Positions 39,701-51,858 of a DNA stretch of 64,000 nt are shown one piece after another. The notes under the pieces were generated by a model. The model was not told the origin of the DNA, did no database searches, and saw only the letters and a program-made list of their open reading frames with translations. Made by a program: the position numbers and the translations under genes. Source of the stretch: Azolla caroliniana (Eukaryota; Plantae; Polypodiophyta); NCBI GenBank assembly GCA_043228905.1, contig JBHGNT010000004.1:1054001-1118000 (forward strand). The letters run 5' to 3'. The stretch's first letter is position 1; the number at the start of each line of letters is the position of its first letter.

Positions 39701-42700
39701 TGATTGCAATGATGAAAATTATGGGTCACCTTTGGATACACCTACGACTCCTCTTGGCGGCTAACCCCACTAACCAAACTAGCCCGCCAACCTCTCCCCA
39801 CCTTGCTTCATGGTCTCCCGTTCAACGCACCCACCCAATCCCACCCACTCCATGCACACCCAAACTGACTCGCCTTTTCTCCCCCACATTCACCATTTGG
39901 GTATAGCCTTGACTGTCCATTTTTTCAATCTGACTAAGCAAGAGAGAAATAATGCAATGAGGAAAAATATTATTCAAGTGGATGCAGAACAAATTGTATC
40001 AATTCGGGAAGCCCAACTAAGCACAAATATGTTGATTCATATCTCTCTTACTGCATATGTCAATGGATGGTTTCATGATTCATGTGAAGTATATGGAGAC
40101 ACTCTTCTGTGAGGCATGCAGATCTGCCACTGTGTTTCCTCCATTGGTCATAGTTCCACGTTTTGCTATGCCATGATTGCAAATAGCAGTCATAGAGAAG
40201 ATCCAAACATCATCTCCTTAAATGAAGATAAAGACTGGATATTATACACGTAGATTTAGGGGACCACAACTAACAGAATTGCAATCAAAGGATGAAGCTT
40301 AGAATCATTATGTATGTCACTGACTAGTTTATTATGAGATCGATCACTATCTCTTTAGAGGAGAACTTGATTCTCTTAGACAAGTGATTGAGTACAATGA
40401 TCAATGATGCTAAGCTCTTTCCCTTCTAGAGATAAGGAGACATGGAGAACGGTTCTGAAGGGAGAAACTCACACATTCACGTAAACCGATAACATTTGAC
40501 AGATTGTTTCTGCATGAACGTGACCAGGGACACTCCTCGTGATATACAAGCATATATGTTGAGAATCAAGCTCAACTTGTGTGAACATGTGCTTATGAAG
40601 AAAAGGACGATGTGTGAAAAAGTGTGTGAGCACACTTTATTGTAATCCATGTAGTTGTCAAGTGTGTGAGAGCACACTTTATTGTAATCCATGTAGTTGT
40701 CGAGTGTTAGTGTGGTCAAAGAATATTAGATATTCTTATGTCAAAATCGTACTCAAGTGGATATCTTGGTTAGATTCCACCAACACATTTAATAGGGCAG
40801 TCCCTTGAGGACTTGTATATAAAACCCCCTTTGGCCATTTAGTTTAGTTGATGATCTTTAGATTATTAATATAGCTCTCTTAAGTGCATAAGCTGTCAGC
40901 CCCCTACTGTGTGTTTTCTTATTTTTATGGTTATTCTCTGTAATTCCTTCTCTTGCTTATACATTCACTCTCTCTCACACACACATACTACACTTCTGAA
41001 TACTAAACTCTGCTAGAGCTAGATTCTTTACATGGTATCAGAGCGTGAGGGTTAGAGATCCTTCATTGAACTCTACCATTGAAACTGTGTGAGCAGCTAG
41101 AGACGCTGTTTAAAATCTGCTATTGTCGCTGCAGTGTTGCACAGCAAGAGGCTCACGTTAACAGGATCATACGAATCAAGCTAAATCAGAAAAATGAATG
41201 CACAGATGGGTAGCGCACTTCCAACAGAGAAGTTGGATAGGCACAACTACGCATCTTGGGAATATAAGATGCAGCAATACCTAGTTGGGCAAGGGTATTG
41301 GAGTTATATCGAGGGAGCTCAAGAAACAGCCCCCGATAATACAAATCCCAACTACCCCACATGGCAACAAGGCGCCAGTAGGGTGATGTATTGTTTGGCA
41401 ACATGTATGCAAGATCACATGTTAAGCTATATTCATGATGCAAAATCCCCAACAGAAGCGTGGAAAAACTTGAAGAAGATTTTCGCGGCTTCAACCACAG
41501 CGAGAAAACTTCAACTCCGGCAGGAGTTGAACAATATTCGGCAGGGGGATATGTCTGTGACGGACTATACCCTCCAGATCAAAGACTTATGCAATTCACT
41601 TGGCTCCATCAATGTCGCAGTTGATGATGACGAGATGGTGCATATCTGCCTTGGCGGCCTCGCACAAAAATATGGCTCATTTCGAACCGCCATAACAACA
41701 AGGGAGAACCCCCCAAGCTTTTTCGACTTGCAATCCATGCTAATGGTTGAGGAGAACCATACACGGTCGAAAAGCACGGCATCTGATGGGCAGATACTAT
41801 ATACACATGATGATCTCGGTCAGGGTCACAGTCATGGTCGTGGAAATCGGGGGAGGAATGGTCGAGGAAGAGGTGGACGACATCCACAACAGTTTAATTC
41901 CAGGCAGCAAGAAGGTCGAAACAGCCAAGGGAATTCCGGCAAAAAGGGGAGCTTCCACCAGCCTGCATCAACCAGGCAGAACCAGCAAACTGAGTGTTGG
42001 TATTGTGGAAAGCCTGGCCACTTTGAAGCCGAGTGTCGGAAGAAGAAGAATGACTCAGCTGCCTCACCCCGGCAGCAAACAAACTATGTTGTGATGGCTG
42101 ACCTAGAAAACAAAGGGCCAATGTTTGTTATGCGACACCGAGCGAATAGCATGATAACAAGTATTTCCCAATCTGATCATGTATGGTTCGTGGACTCAGG
42201 TGCCTCAAATCACATGACAAATCATCAAGAATGGTTCATGAATTTGAGGGAACCCGAGAGACATGGCGTGGTGGAGACCGGTGATGACTCCACACATATT
42301 ATTGAGCACATTGGAGATGTGGCCCTTAACAATCACGACAACAAGGGCTACATGAAGGATGTACTCCATGTGCCGACAATCACAAAGAATTTGGTCTCGG
42401 TTGGCCAAATTGTCGAACAAGGAATGCAAGTATGATTCAACCAAGAAGGTTGCTTCATCGAGGATAAGGGCCAACTTATCGCTCATCCAAGAAGAGAAGG
42501 TTGCATGTTTATTCTTGATGTGACTGAGGTGAACACAGCAATGTATGCAAAGGGACTCAAGGCTGAGTTTGATATTGAGTTGTGGCACAAAAGGGTTGGC
42601 CATGTAAACCTCGGTAAACTGCAATCAATGCAAACAAAAGGGGCTGTGCACGAATTGCCACGATTTACTTCGAAACATCCTGATAATGTATGTGATGTGT

Positions 42701-45700
42701 GCCAACTAGGCAAGCAACATAGGCATCCATTCCTAAGCGAAAGAAATGTGAGTAAAGGCTTGCTGGATGTCATCCCCTCAGATGTATGGGGCCCAGCTCA
42801 AATAGCAACAATCGGTGGGTGTAGGTACTTCGTTACCTTCATTGATGACTATTCGCGGCATACCTGGATATGCCCAATGAAGTCGAAAAGTGAGGTCTTC
42901 TCCCACTTTCTCAAGTCAAAGAATCGCGTGGAAAATGAGACGAATCGCAAGATTCGATGCTTACGGTTTGATGGTGGCCAAGAATACTTCTCAACCGAGT
43001 TCAAGGTCTTTCTAGAAGAGAAGGGGATTCGTCGGGAATTCTCTTGCTAGTACACACCACAGCAAAACGGTGTCGCTGAGCGGAAGAATCGCACAATTCT
43101 TGAGATCGCCCGCACCATGCTGCATGAGAAGAACATGCCCAAGATCTATTGGGCAGAGGCAGCAATTACGGCTGTGTATCTCATCAATAGGTACACGACC
43201 GAGGGTGTCCATGACACCACCCCTCACGAGAAGTATTTTGGGACAAAGCCAGACCTTTCACACTTGAAGGTTTTTGGCCGCATTGCATTTGTGCATGTAC
43301 CCGATGAGAAGCGGAGAAAGCTTGACCCAAAATCGGAGAAGATGATCTTTGTTGGTTACTCACTTGAGCAAAAGGGTTACAAGTGTTTTAACCCCATCAC
43401 TCGACAGTCACGAGTAAGCCAAGATGTGGTATTTGATGAGGTGACATCATGGTATGGCCCAACATCAGTGACCCCCACCATGCTCGAAACAAGCAGATCT
43501 GGAGCAGATTCTCAGAGTGAAGAAGAAGAGATGCAAACGACCATTATGGGTGGAGAACCAGCAGAGAGTCTGCGCACACTCCAGCTGACTGGACCGGAGG
43601 TGTCATCCAGCAATCAGAGTCTTGCACAGCAAGAAGAAACCTCTGATGTGGTGTCACCTTGGTGCTACACCCGTAGAAAAAAAAAAAGGGCAAGATGCCT
43701 GAGCAAGAGGCCAAGGACATGACATCCAGTGAAGACTCAGATCATTCACCCTGATCAGTCCACAGCAAGTATGAAATGAAGAAGGCCCCGGAAATGACCA
43801 AATGAAAACTCCGTCAATCGAACCGACAAAAGAGCCCAATAGTTAGGTTCGGGTACAATGAGTACATGGCCCACCACTATGCATTCATGATGAAGGTCGC
43901 AGCAGACCAAGAACCCGAGACTTACAAAGAAGCTGCCCAAGATCCCCGGTGGATCGAGGCAATCAGGGATGAGATGCGTGCGTTCTTTGACAACGATACT
44001 TGGGATTTAGTCCCATCCTCTGAAATCAAGAAAAAGCCAATTGGTTGCCACTAGCTGTTCAAGATAAAGCATAATACGGATGGCACGGTCAATCGGTTCA
44101 AGGCTCAGCTAGTTGCCAAAGGGTATGCTCAAACCCATGGCATAGACTATGAAGAGACATTTGCCCCGGTGGCAAAAATGACCACTGTGAGGACAGTAAT
44201 TGCACTCACAGCAGCGAAAAGATGGCACTTGCATCAAATGGATGTGAAGAACGCATTCCTCCAAGGTGAGCTCGAGGAGGAAGTTTACATGACGCAACCA
44301 CCTGGCTACGAATCAAACAAACATCCACATGCAGTGTGCCGATTGAAGAAGCCGCTCTATGGACTGAAACAAGCCCCAAGAGCATGGCATTCAAAGATCA
44401 CATCATATCTTCACGACATTGGCTTCCGGATGTCAAAATCTGATAACTCGTTGTATATTCGGAACAATCCCAAAAGCCCCATCTTCTTAATCGTGTATGT
44501 CGATGACCTTGTCATCGGTGGAGAAAGCCTCACCGAGACACAAAAGATTAAAAAGTTGCTTTTGCAGAAGTTCGAGATGAAGGATCTGAATGACTTACAT
44601 TATTTTCTCGTCATCGAGGTCATTCAAACTCCACAAGGGTTCCTACTCTCACAACGTCACTTTGTGTTGAACTTGCTCTACAAGTTCGGAATGACCGAGT
44701 GTAAGTCCATCTTGACACCCCTTGATCGAAATATGAAGCTAACATCAGATTCTGGAAATTTCTGTGAGCCGACACAGTATCGCCAAATAATTGGGAGTCT
44801 TATCTACTTAACTATCACCCGACCAGACCTCAGCTATCCGGTCGGGGTTCTTAGCCAATTCATGGAAACCCCCCGCGACACTCACATGGATTGTGCTAAG
44901 CGAGTGTTACGTTATATTAGTGGAACACTTGATTATGGTATCTTCTATAAACGTGGAGCACCACTTCTACTCGAAGGCTTCACGGATAGGCAATGCATCT
45001 GATAGGCAATCCACTTCGGGATTTATGTTTTCACTCAGTAGTGGAGCAACAAGAAACAACCAACAGTCGCTCTATCGAGCACTGAGGCGGAGTATAGGGC
45101 TGCAGCTGTAGCTGCTTGCGAAGCTGTATGGCTTAAAAGACTGCTGAAAGACTTCAACGAATTGGTGAACAAGCCAATATTGATCCACTGCGATAAACTC
45201 AGCAACATCCAGCTCGCAAAGAATCTGGTGTTTCACGCCCGGACTAAGCACATCGAGGTGCTCTATCATTACATCCGTCAACGCATATTGGCCAGCAACA
45301 TGACCTCCAATACGTTGGCACCAACATGCAAGTGGCTGATATTTTCACTAAGGCACTAGGTCTCAACAAGCTACGGCAATTCTCAGTGGATCTAGGCCTT
45401 AGACCACTCGATATGCTTAGCTTGGGGGAGAGTACAAGTACAAAGACGAAGGAAAACATGGAGAATCAGCACCATACAAGAGGAAGAGTGAGACCGGCAT
45501 CGGCAAAGTAAGGCCGGCACATCTAATCCGACTTGACCTGGCAAGTTAGAGGAAGACTTTCCAAAGCCCGGAATTTTTGAATCTCGAAATTTTGGATTGG
45601 CAAGATCGATATTGCTAGATCAAGATCGAGTACATAGGAACAATGAGAAAACCACGGTCTAGTAGTCCGACCAACTGCAATTGGGTCTTCAACTACACCA

Positions 45701-48046
45701 AGACAACCAAGCTTAAGAGGACACACAATTGACCTTGAGGGGGCGTGTTGAGAATCAAGCTCAACTTGTGTGAACATGTGCTTATGAAGAAAAGGACGAT
45801 GTGTGAAAAAGTGTGTGAGCACACTTTATTGTAATCCATGTAGTTGTCGAGTATTAGTGTGGTCAAAGAATATTAGATATTCTTATGTCAAAATCGTACT
45901 CAAGTGGATATCTTGGTTAGATTCCACCAACACATTTAATAGGGCAGTCCCTTGAGGAATTGTATATAAAACCCCCTTTGGCCATTTATTTTAGTTGATG
46001 ATCTTTAGATAATTGATATAGCTCTCTTAAGTGCATAAGTTGTCATCCCCCTACTATGTGTTTTCTTATTTTTCTGGTTATTCTCTGTAATTCCTTCTCT
46101 TGCTTATACATTCACTCTCTCTCTCTCACACACACTACGCTTCTAAATACTAAACTCTATTAGAGCTAGATTCTTTACAATATATCCTGGCCAAAGTTGA
46201 TTCATGACTCAAAGGGGTAATGACATCTAGTGCTATTGATCTTGCTTAAGAATATTGGCCCAACCTAGACCACACCCCATTGAGCAAATCTATAAGATCA
46301 AAGCCATCATCACACGGCATTGGAGTTGCTCTCCTTTTCCCATTGACCTTTCCATACTAGATCACCCATGATGGATATTTTCAGAGGGTATCAATTTCAG
46401 TGCCAATGACAAGTGTCCTTTAATATTTCTTCTTAGTGTACTTCTTACAGTCTCGTCTTTCTATTCTTGATATTGTCTCCAAGACATCTATAAAGAGGGG
46501 GGATTGAAAACAGAAATGCTAATCTTAAAAGGAAAAAGAGGAAGTCAAATTATAGACAGGATGTTGGAAAACAAATACTGATTTTTTCATTCAAGCAACG
46601 CCAGTGAGTTATTTTAATGTTTTATCCTAAAGGTTAGAACAAAGTAAAAAGTCTAAATCTTCATTAAAAATCTAAATGTGATAATTATGACAAGGCTCGA
46701 GAGAAACTTCAGTTAAAGATGATTATGATAGATTAGAATGATTGTTAGTCATTAATCACTGGCATTTTTAAGGAGAGAAAGAGAGAGCCATTCAGTTCAT
46801 ACATATAGTTCCTCATTACTGCAGCAACTGACTGCCATATCTTTTACACTGCTATATGCATACTCACACGTCACACACATCTTTTTCATTATAAAAACTG
46901 AAATTACTCCTACAGTGAGCTCACCATGCATAAGGAAGATTGTCCCAGAATGAAGATAATGATGGAGGCTTGAACTGTCGCCCACTTTGAAGTAGAAACC
47001 TTTTCAGCTTAAGCTGTACAAGAACACCACCACTATATTGGTGAGATTGACTCTCATTTAGCTAGCTCTCTTCCAGAATGGGAATTTTGAGTCTCTATGA
47101 TTACTTGTCTCTACAGTCTTTAATGGTGTATAAAGTATGGTCCAATGCTAAAAGTTAATCTGATGGTCCCAATATTCAGAGGATTTAAACACGTGTGATG
47201 GAGGTGAGAGATCAACATCTTACGAATGCAAGCGATGGAGAAGGAAAAAGATAGATTATATATTACCCATCCCAAGGAGGCCGAAAGCTAGTTATTGCCC
47301 ATTCTCTCTTTGGAGAAAGGGATTTTGGGTCTTGGCAATGACTGTGTCTATTTCCCAATGGTTGTGCAAGATATGTGCTCAAAACTACAAGTTAGTTCAG
47401 AGATCATACTATGGATGCCAGTCATTCAAACATATGATTGTGCAGGTGAGATACCAATACATTACCAACAGGATTGGTGGGGAAGGAAATAGATAAGTAT
47501 AAATATATATACCACTCAAATATCACACAAGAGACCCCACAACAATAGAAAACTAGCTGCAGCCTACTACCCCTCCTTAGAAAGAGATTGTGGGTCCTTG
47601 CAATTATATCGTATCTATACTCTAAATAGTTTTGCAAGATATGTGCCTTGTTCAAAAAACTAATCCAAATATCATAACATGCATATAGAGGGATGCAAAC
47701 ACATAACATTGGAGGTTAAATACCAACTGCTTACCAATGGGGGAGATGGAGGGGTTGATAAGGGTGATGATTCCCTGGATAATTTGTATTCATGGCGAGT
47801 ATCATCTACTTTATATTCAAAGTTTTGCTCATATATTTTGTATTCAATATCATTTGAATCAAGAGGTGATAATGATTGCGGTGACGGAGATGATTTGTAT
47901 ATGAAATAGCTCATATCAGATGGATATGATGACGAGTCATATGTCACAACCATAAAGATGCCATATCCGATCATTGCAAGACCACAAAGTAGGAAGACGA
48001 AATTGATGACCTCCAACAAAAACTGAAGGAAGCCTTTGCAAGACAT
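36739..48046 (-). CDS. Tetraspanin-like protein of the TOM2A / TET18-20 group
   Basis: Exons 48046-47724 (MSCKGFLQFLLEVINFVFLLCGLAMIGYGIFM), 38018-37919 (FLYVVLFLGAII...IACSGYIAA), 37820-37740, 37621-37517 (IPTDSTGQL...WIALAVMIIQ), 36945-36739 (YDTDDEY...RQQLL). Four hydrophobic segments plus the PxDxTG and YDxDDE family motifs. Confidence 0.9.
37821..37918 (-). other. U12-type (minor spliceosome) GT-AG intron in the tetraspanin gene
   Basis: 5' splice site GTATCCTTC; branch-site-like CTGTTAAC ending 10 nt before the intron end (...ttctgttaaccttgtttaag); splicing keeps the frame (LHC|YCLF). Confidence 0.88.
38600..39900 (-). mobile_element. Decayed LINE (RT region) in tetraspanin intron 1
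   Basis: RDALVPLLALMFNRTCCESFPTSYTKPTIVLIFKGEDH..PRNR (RT N-terminus) and LSVNLAKTTVIV (RT C-terminal L.VN..KT motif); same LINE type as 5000-5400. Confidence 0.75.
40557..41032 (+). repeat. Copia 5' LTR with an internal ~42-bp tandem duplication
   Basis: Matches 45746-46179 apart from about a dozen substitutions and an extra copy of agtgtgtgagcacactttattgtaatccatgtagttgtc. Confidence 0.95.
41033..41044 (+). promoter_or_regulatory. Primer-binding site (tRNA-iMet)
   Basis: TGGTATCAGAGC immediately after the 5' LTR. Confidence 0.95.
41194..45430 (+). pseudogene. Copia gag-pol polyprotein with stops and frameshifts
   Basis: Zn knuckle CWYCGKPGHFEAEC, protease WFVDSGAS, LWHKRVGH/CDVCQLGK, integrase SDVWGP...FIDDYSR...QQNGVAERKNR, RT HQMDVKNAFL/YVDD and RNase H ADIFTKAL; stops at 42433, 43048, 44052 and elsewhere. 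Confidence 0.95.
45737..46179 (+). repeat. Polypurine tract (gagggggcg) and copia 3' LTR
   Basis: PPT at 45737-45745, directly before TGTTGAGAATC at 45746. Confidence 0.95.
47250..47500 (+). mobile_element. Possible L1-like LINE C-terminal remnant
   Basis: SQGGRKLVIAHSL and LSLEKGILGLG resemble the L1 post-RT motifs LSxxGR and PKxxGGLGL. Confidence 0.35.
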
Positions 48047-48384
48047 ATTGTACCTCTTTTTCTTTGTAGTTGAAACTTGAGATAATTACAACTGAAAATC
48101 ATAGAAATGATAGAATGTCAATTTGAGTTTCAGGGGATATTGCTATAAATAGCCGTTATTTTTTTCTGGATTAGAACAGGGGAGTATTAATTGGTATAAC
48201 CTTAAAGGTATTAAAGAAGGGGATTAACTAGATAGCCTTAAGGGATTAGACCAGGATTATTGATGTATTTGTAGTTCAAACAGGAAAAGATTATTTATAT
48301 GTTAGGGATATGGCCACACTATAACACGAGGGGAAAGAACGGAAGAATTAAAGGGAAAAACCAAAGAATATTGATTACAATATG

Positions 48385-48730
48385 TTTGAAACAGGAGCAA
48401 TTTTCATTAAACACAGGATATTGTTCGTCAATAAATACAGACATACATTTTCATCACTAAATAAAACAGGGGATTTTGTTTTCCATTCATAGACAGGGCA
48501 TTTCTTTTCATCAATAAACAAAGGTTTTTCTGTCAATAAAACGAGAATTTGGTTTTTCATCAATAAACAGGGGATTTTCTTTTTCATCAATAAACAGAAC
48601 ACGGGATTTGTTTTCTTCGTCATAAAAAAGGGGAAGTTTTTTCATAAAACAGAAGTTTCTTATCATCAATAAATTGGGATTTCTTTTGTTCATCAACAAA
48701 CAGGGATAATTTTTCTGCATCGATTAAATA
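48385..48730. repeat. Degenerate ~30-bp minisatellite (ttcatcaataaacaggg...) in the probable 5'UTR intron of the tetraspanin gene
   Basis: About 10 recurrences of tt(c/g)(a/g)tca(a)taaa(c)a..gg(g)att; lies between a minus-strand donor (~48811) and acceptor (~48093). Confidence 0.75.
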
Positions 48731-49326
48731 AAAACGACTTTTAAAAAAAACAAAAGTCCAATAAATCAATCTAAGCAAAACAAAATCGCTTAACCAAGAT
48801 GCAAAACTTACTTGAATTAATTAATTATTTTTGTTCTGAATTGCAAATGAGGCTCATCAAAATGATGGATAATAGAAGGTAAACATACCTGTGATAGATA
48901 TGATGAAGCAGGTCTTTTGAAGAATCCATGGCTGATTTATACATGAAGGCCCCACATAATAAATAAAAAAGACAATAAAGAGAGGAAGAGGGAAAAGCAT
49001 GTAAAGATGATTGATTTGATTAGAAAACAAAAAACACACAAAGATGATGATGCATGATGCCTTTTGACCATACCCTAGACAGCTCACCATCATATACATA
49101 TGATTAGCAATTTGTAGTACCCCACCCAAACCCCAAATAATTAAAAAAAATTAATCGACAAAATACCTACCTTCATTTGAAAAATATCAAATTCTACCCT
49201 TCGTTTAAAAAATCATCTAATCAATGAAATTTGAAGACAATCTCATTCTGAACTATCTAATCGGGCAGAATGAGTGAATCGGAGTGAAAAAAGTGCGGTA
49301 TGTCATTCACATGTATGGATGTGTGA

Positions 49327-49754
49327 GTCCGGATTTGAACCGAAGGCTTTGTGTTGCTAGCCTAAAAGATTACCACTAGGGTAAATTGAAGTGCAGATCT
49401 CAAATTGAACGTTTTATATTTCTATCCTAAAAATTTACCATTAGGGTAAATTCAAACATGGATGTATAAGCTGGGATTTGAACCAAACGCTTTTTCTTGG
49501 TAACCTAGAAGATTGCCATTAGGGTAAATTGATTTCTAAAGTCCGGATTTGAACCGAAGGCTTTGTGTTGCTAGCCTAAAAGATTACCACTAGGGTAAAT
49601 TGAAGTGCAGATCTCAAATTGAACGTTTTATATTTCTATCCTAAAAATTTACCATTAGGGTAAATTCAAACATTGATGTATAAGCTGGGATTTGAACCAA
49701 ACGCTTTTTCTTGGTAACCTAGAAGATTGCCATTAGGGTAAATTGATTTCTAAA
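49327..49754 (-). repeat. 214-bp tandem duplication, each copy made of three ~70-bp tRNA-like (A-box/B-box) subunits
   Basis: Copies start at 49327 and 49541, with one substitution seen. Minus-strand subunit: ccctagtggtaa...29 nt...ggttcaaatcc. Confidence 0.8.
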
Positions 49755-50663
49755 AAAGAAAAGCTTAATAAAAAGATTCATAAATAAATAGAGAACGAGA
49801 ATTGATGACGAAATTATCATTAAGAACCATGGCGACGCGCCCAATTTCGAGAATATTAGTTCTCCCCTCCTAATAAAAGCCAACTAATTCATGTATTTTA
49901 AAGATAATCTCACCCATGGGCCATGACTAATTGGAGTGCCTAGTGAGGGAGATTGATATATGCACTTCGTTATGGTACTCAATATGCTAACAAAAGTTTA
50001 CCTATGGGGCACGGGAGAGTTTGTGTGGATGCAAATATTGAGGGGACTGTGAGTGAATTTCTCGACAGATCAACATATTTATCAAACTAGTAACTACTTA
50101 AAATAAATTGATATTTATTTCAAATACCTTCTCTAGATTGAAGAGTAAGTTTTTATCCAAGTGTAGTTGTTTTTCGGAAACATTGGTAATTGCTATTTTT
50201 CTTTCTCAAAAGCACCTTTTTATGCCATTTAGAGGGCTTTTGAGTTTTAATGTAGTGCACTTGGATTGTTGGTCAAAATCCCTATCAATACATGAAATAA
50301 TCGGAATTGAGGTCCACGATCTACAATATAGATTGCATATTCTTGTGTTAGATTGTATTCCCTTTGTACCCAACAAGCAAGTTTGATTTGTGTATTAAGG
50401 AGCGTCTTGGATTAGCTATGGTTTGTGTTAAATAATTTGCATATAAAGGATGTAATCATTTTGGCTGGTTAAACATGTTTTGATCAATTTTGTAGGTTTA
50501 TATTTTCTTAAAGTTGTAAAGGTTTGTGGATTCCCGTGAGTATCAAAAGGATTCCACCCCATCTAGCTAATAAACTTTCTCTTGTCTCTACTATCTAGGG
50601 ACAAGGTAGGTGTTTTTTATCCATATTCTTTGAGCTCTGTTTGAGGCGAGGCTTGAATCCAAC

Positions 50664-50751
50664 AACATTACATTTTGTATCTTTTTTCACAATGTTATTG
50701 AAATTTTACCGTAATCTAAACATTACATTTTGTATCTTTTTTCACAATGTT
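50664..50751. repeat. Short 33-bp direct repeat
   Basis: aacattacattttgtatcttttttcacaatgtt occurs twice. Confidence 0.8.
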
Positions 50752-51603
50752 CTTTTACAAAACAACAAAAGCTATAAATAATCCAACCCATGTATCCCAC
50801 ACTAACATTGTTAACCATTCATAATGATTGAACCTAGCAAAAAGGCAAGACCAAGTCTTCTTCTTTTATGAAACAACAAAAGCTACAAATAAAAGAAGGA
50901 ATAATCAAGCAGTCACATTGGAATTGGAATGAAACCATGAAAGAGCTTATTTCTTCTTTTTTAAGTACATACTACATGTTTTGAAGTTAAGATTCTAAGG
51001 GCAAAGGAAGGAACAAAACTCATTAAATCGTCTTCATCAATACATACAAAATGCATTGCCTTTTCAAATTCAAACTAATGACATCCTTAATGAGAGTCTT
51101 CAACCTCAAATACTAAGATATCTTATTTTACATCAACACAGTTTAGCATTCAATATTTAGTTCTATATATTATGAAATTAATGTAACATCCCACAATATC
51201 AACGATATCATAGTGTTACACAGTAACCATGCAAGTGGCAATCATGCATGAGAACTAGGTGGAGACAATGCATGAGTTCAACATTACTATAAATAAAAGT
51301 GTCTTTTTTAGTTATAGCTAGAACCACCATGATTGATCACGATGAAGAATTATCCTAGGGCCATGGTACAAATTTTTTACTTATTGTCGATAGCCCATCA
51401 TTATGAAGAATGTCACTAACTCATGCCATAATGATTAAAGGTAGTATGGAAAGTGGCTCAAATTGCAAGGTGGTTATTCATGTTCGTCTCTCACTTCTCA
51501 AGTATTATTCTTGAGTGTCCTCCCATGGAAACACAAAAAATTGAAGCTTAAATACTTATTAAAAAACTTTCGGGATTAATACTAATGGGGGTGTTAGTTT
51601 TGG

Positions 51604-51858
51604 GCTCCTTCAACTAAAAACACGACGTTAATCGTTGCAAAAAATACATGTGGTGCTAACCTTCATCACCAATGTTTAGCCTCGTTTGAAGACTAGAATG
51701 CAAGGCAAATTACCTTGTAAAGCTTGACATAGCTCCTTCGACTAAAAACACGACGTTAATCGTTGCAAAAAATACATGTGGTGCTAACCTTCATCACCAA
51801 TGTTTAGCCTCGTTTGAAGACTAGAATGCAAGGCAAATTACCTTGTAAAGCTTGACAT
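51604..51858. repeat. Near-perfect 128-bp tandem duplication
   Basis: gctccttc(a/g)actaaaaacacgacg...gtaaagcttgacat starts at 51604 and 51732. Confidence 0.92.

Larger units (their letters stand above)
40557..46179 (+). mobile_element. Full-length Ty1/copia LTR retrotransposon (inactive), antisense in tetraspanin intron 1
   Basis: TSD ATATA at 40552-40556 and 46180-46184; LTRs 40557-41032 and 45746-46179 (TG...CA); PBS; PPT; domain order gag-PR-IN-RT-RH. Confidence 0.97.

Noticed and set aside
49327-49754. Functional tRNA genes
   Set aside because: A/B-box-like motifs only; no acceptor or anticodon stem pairing.
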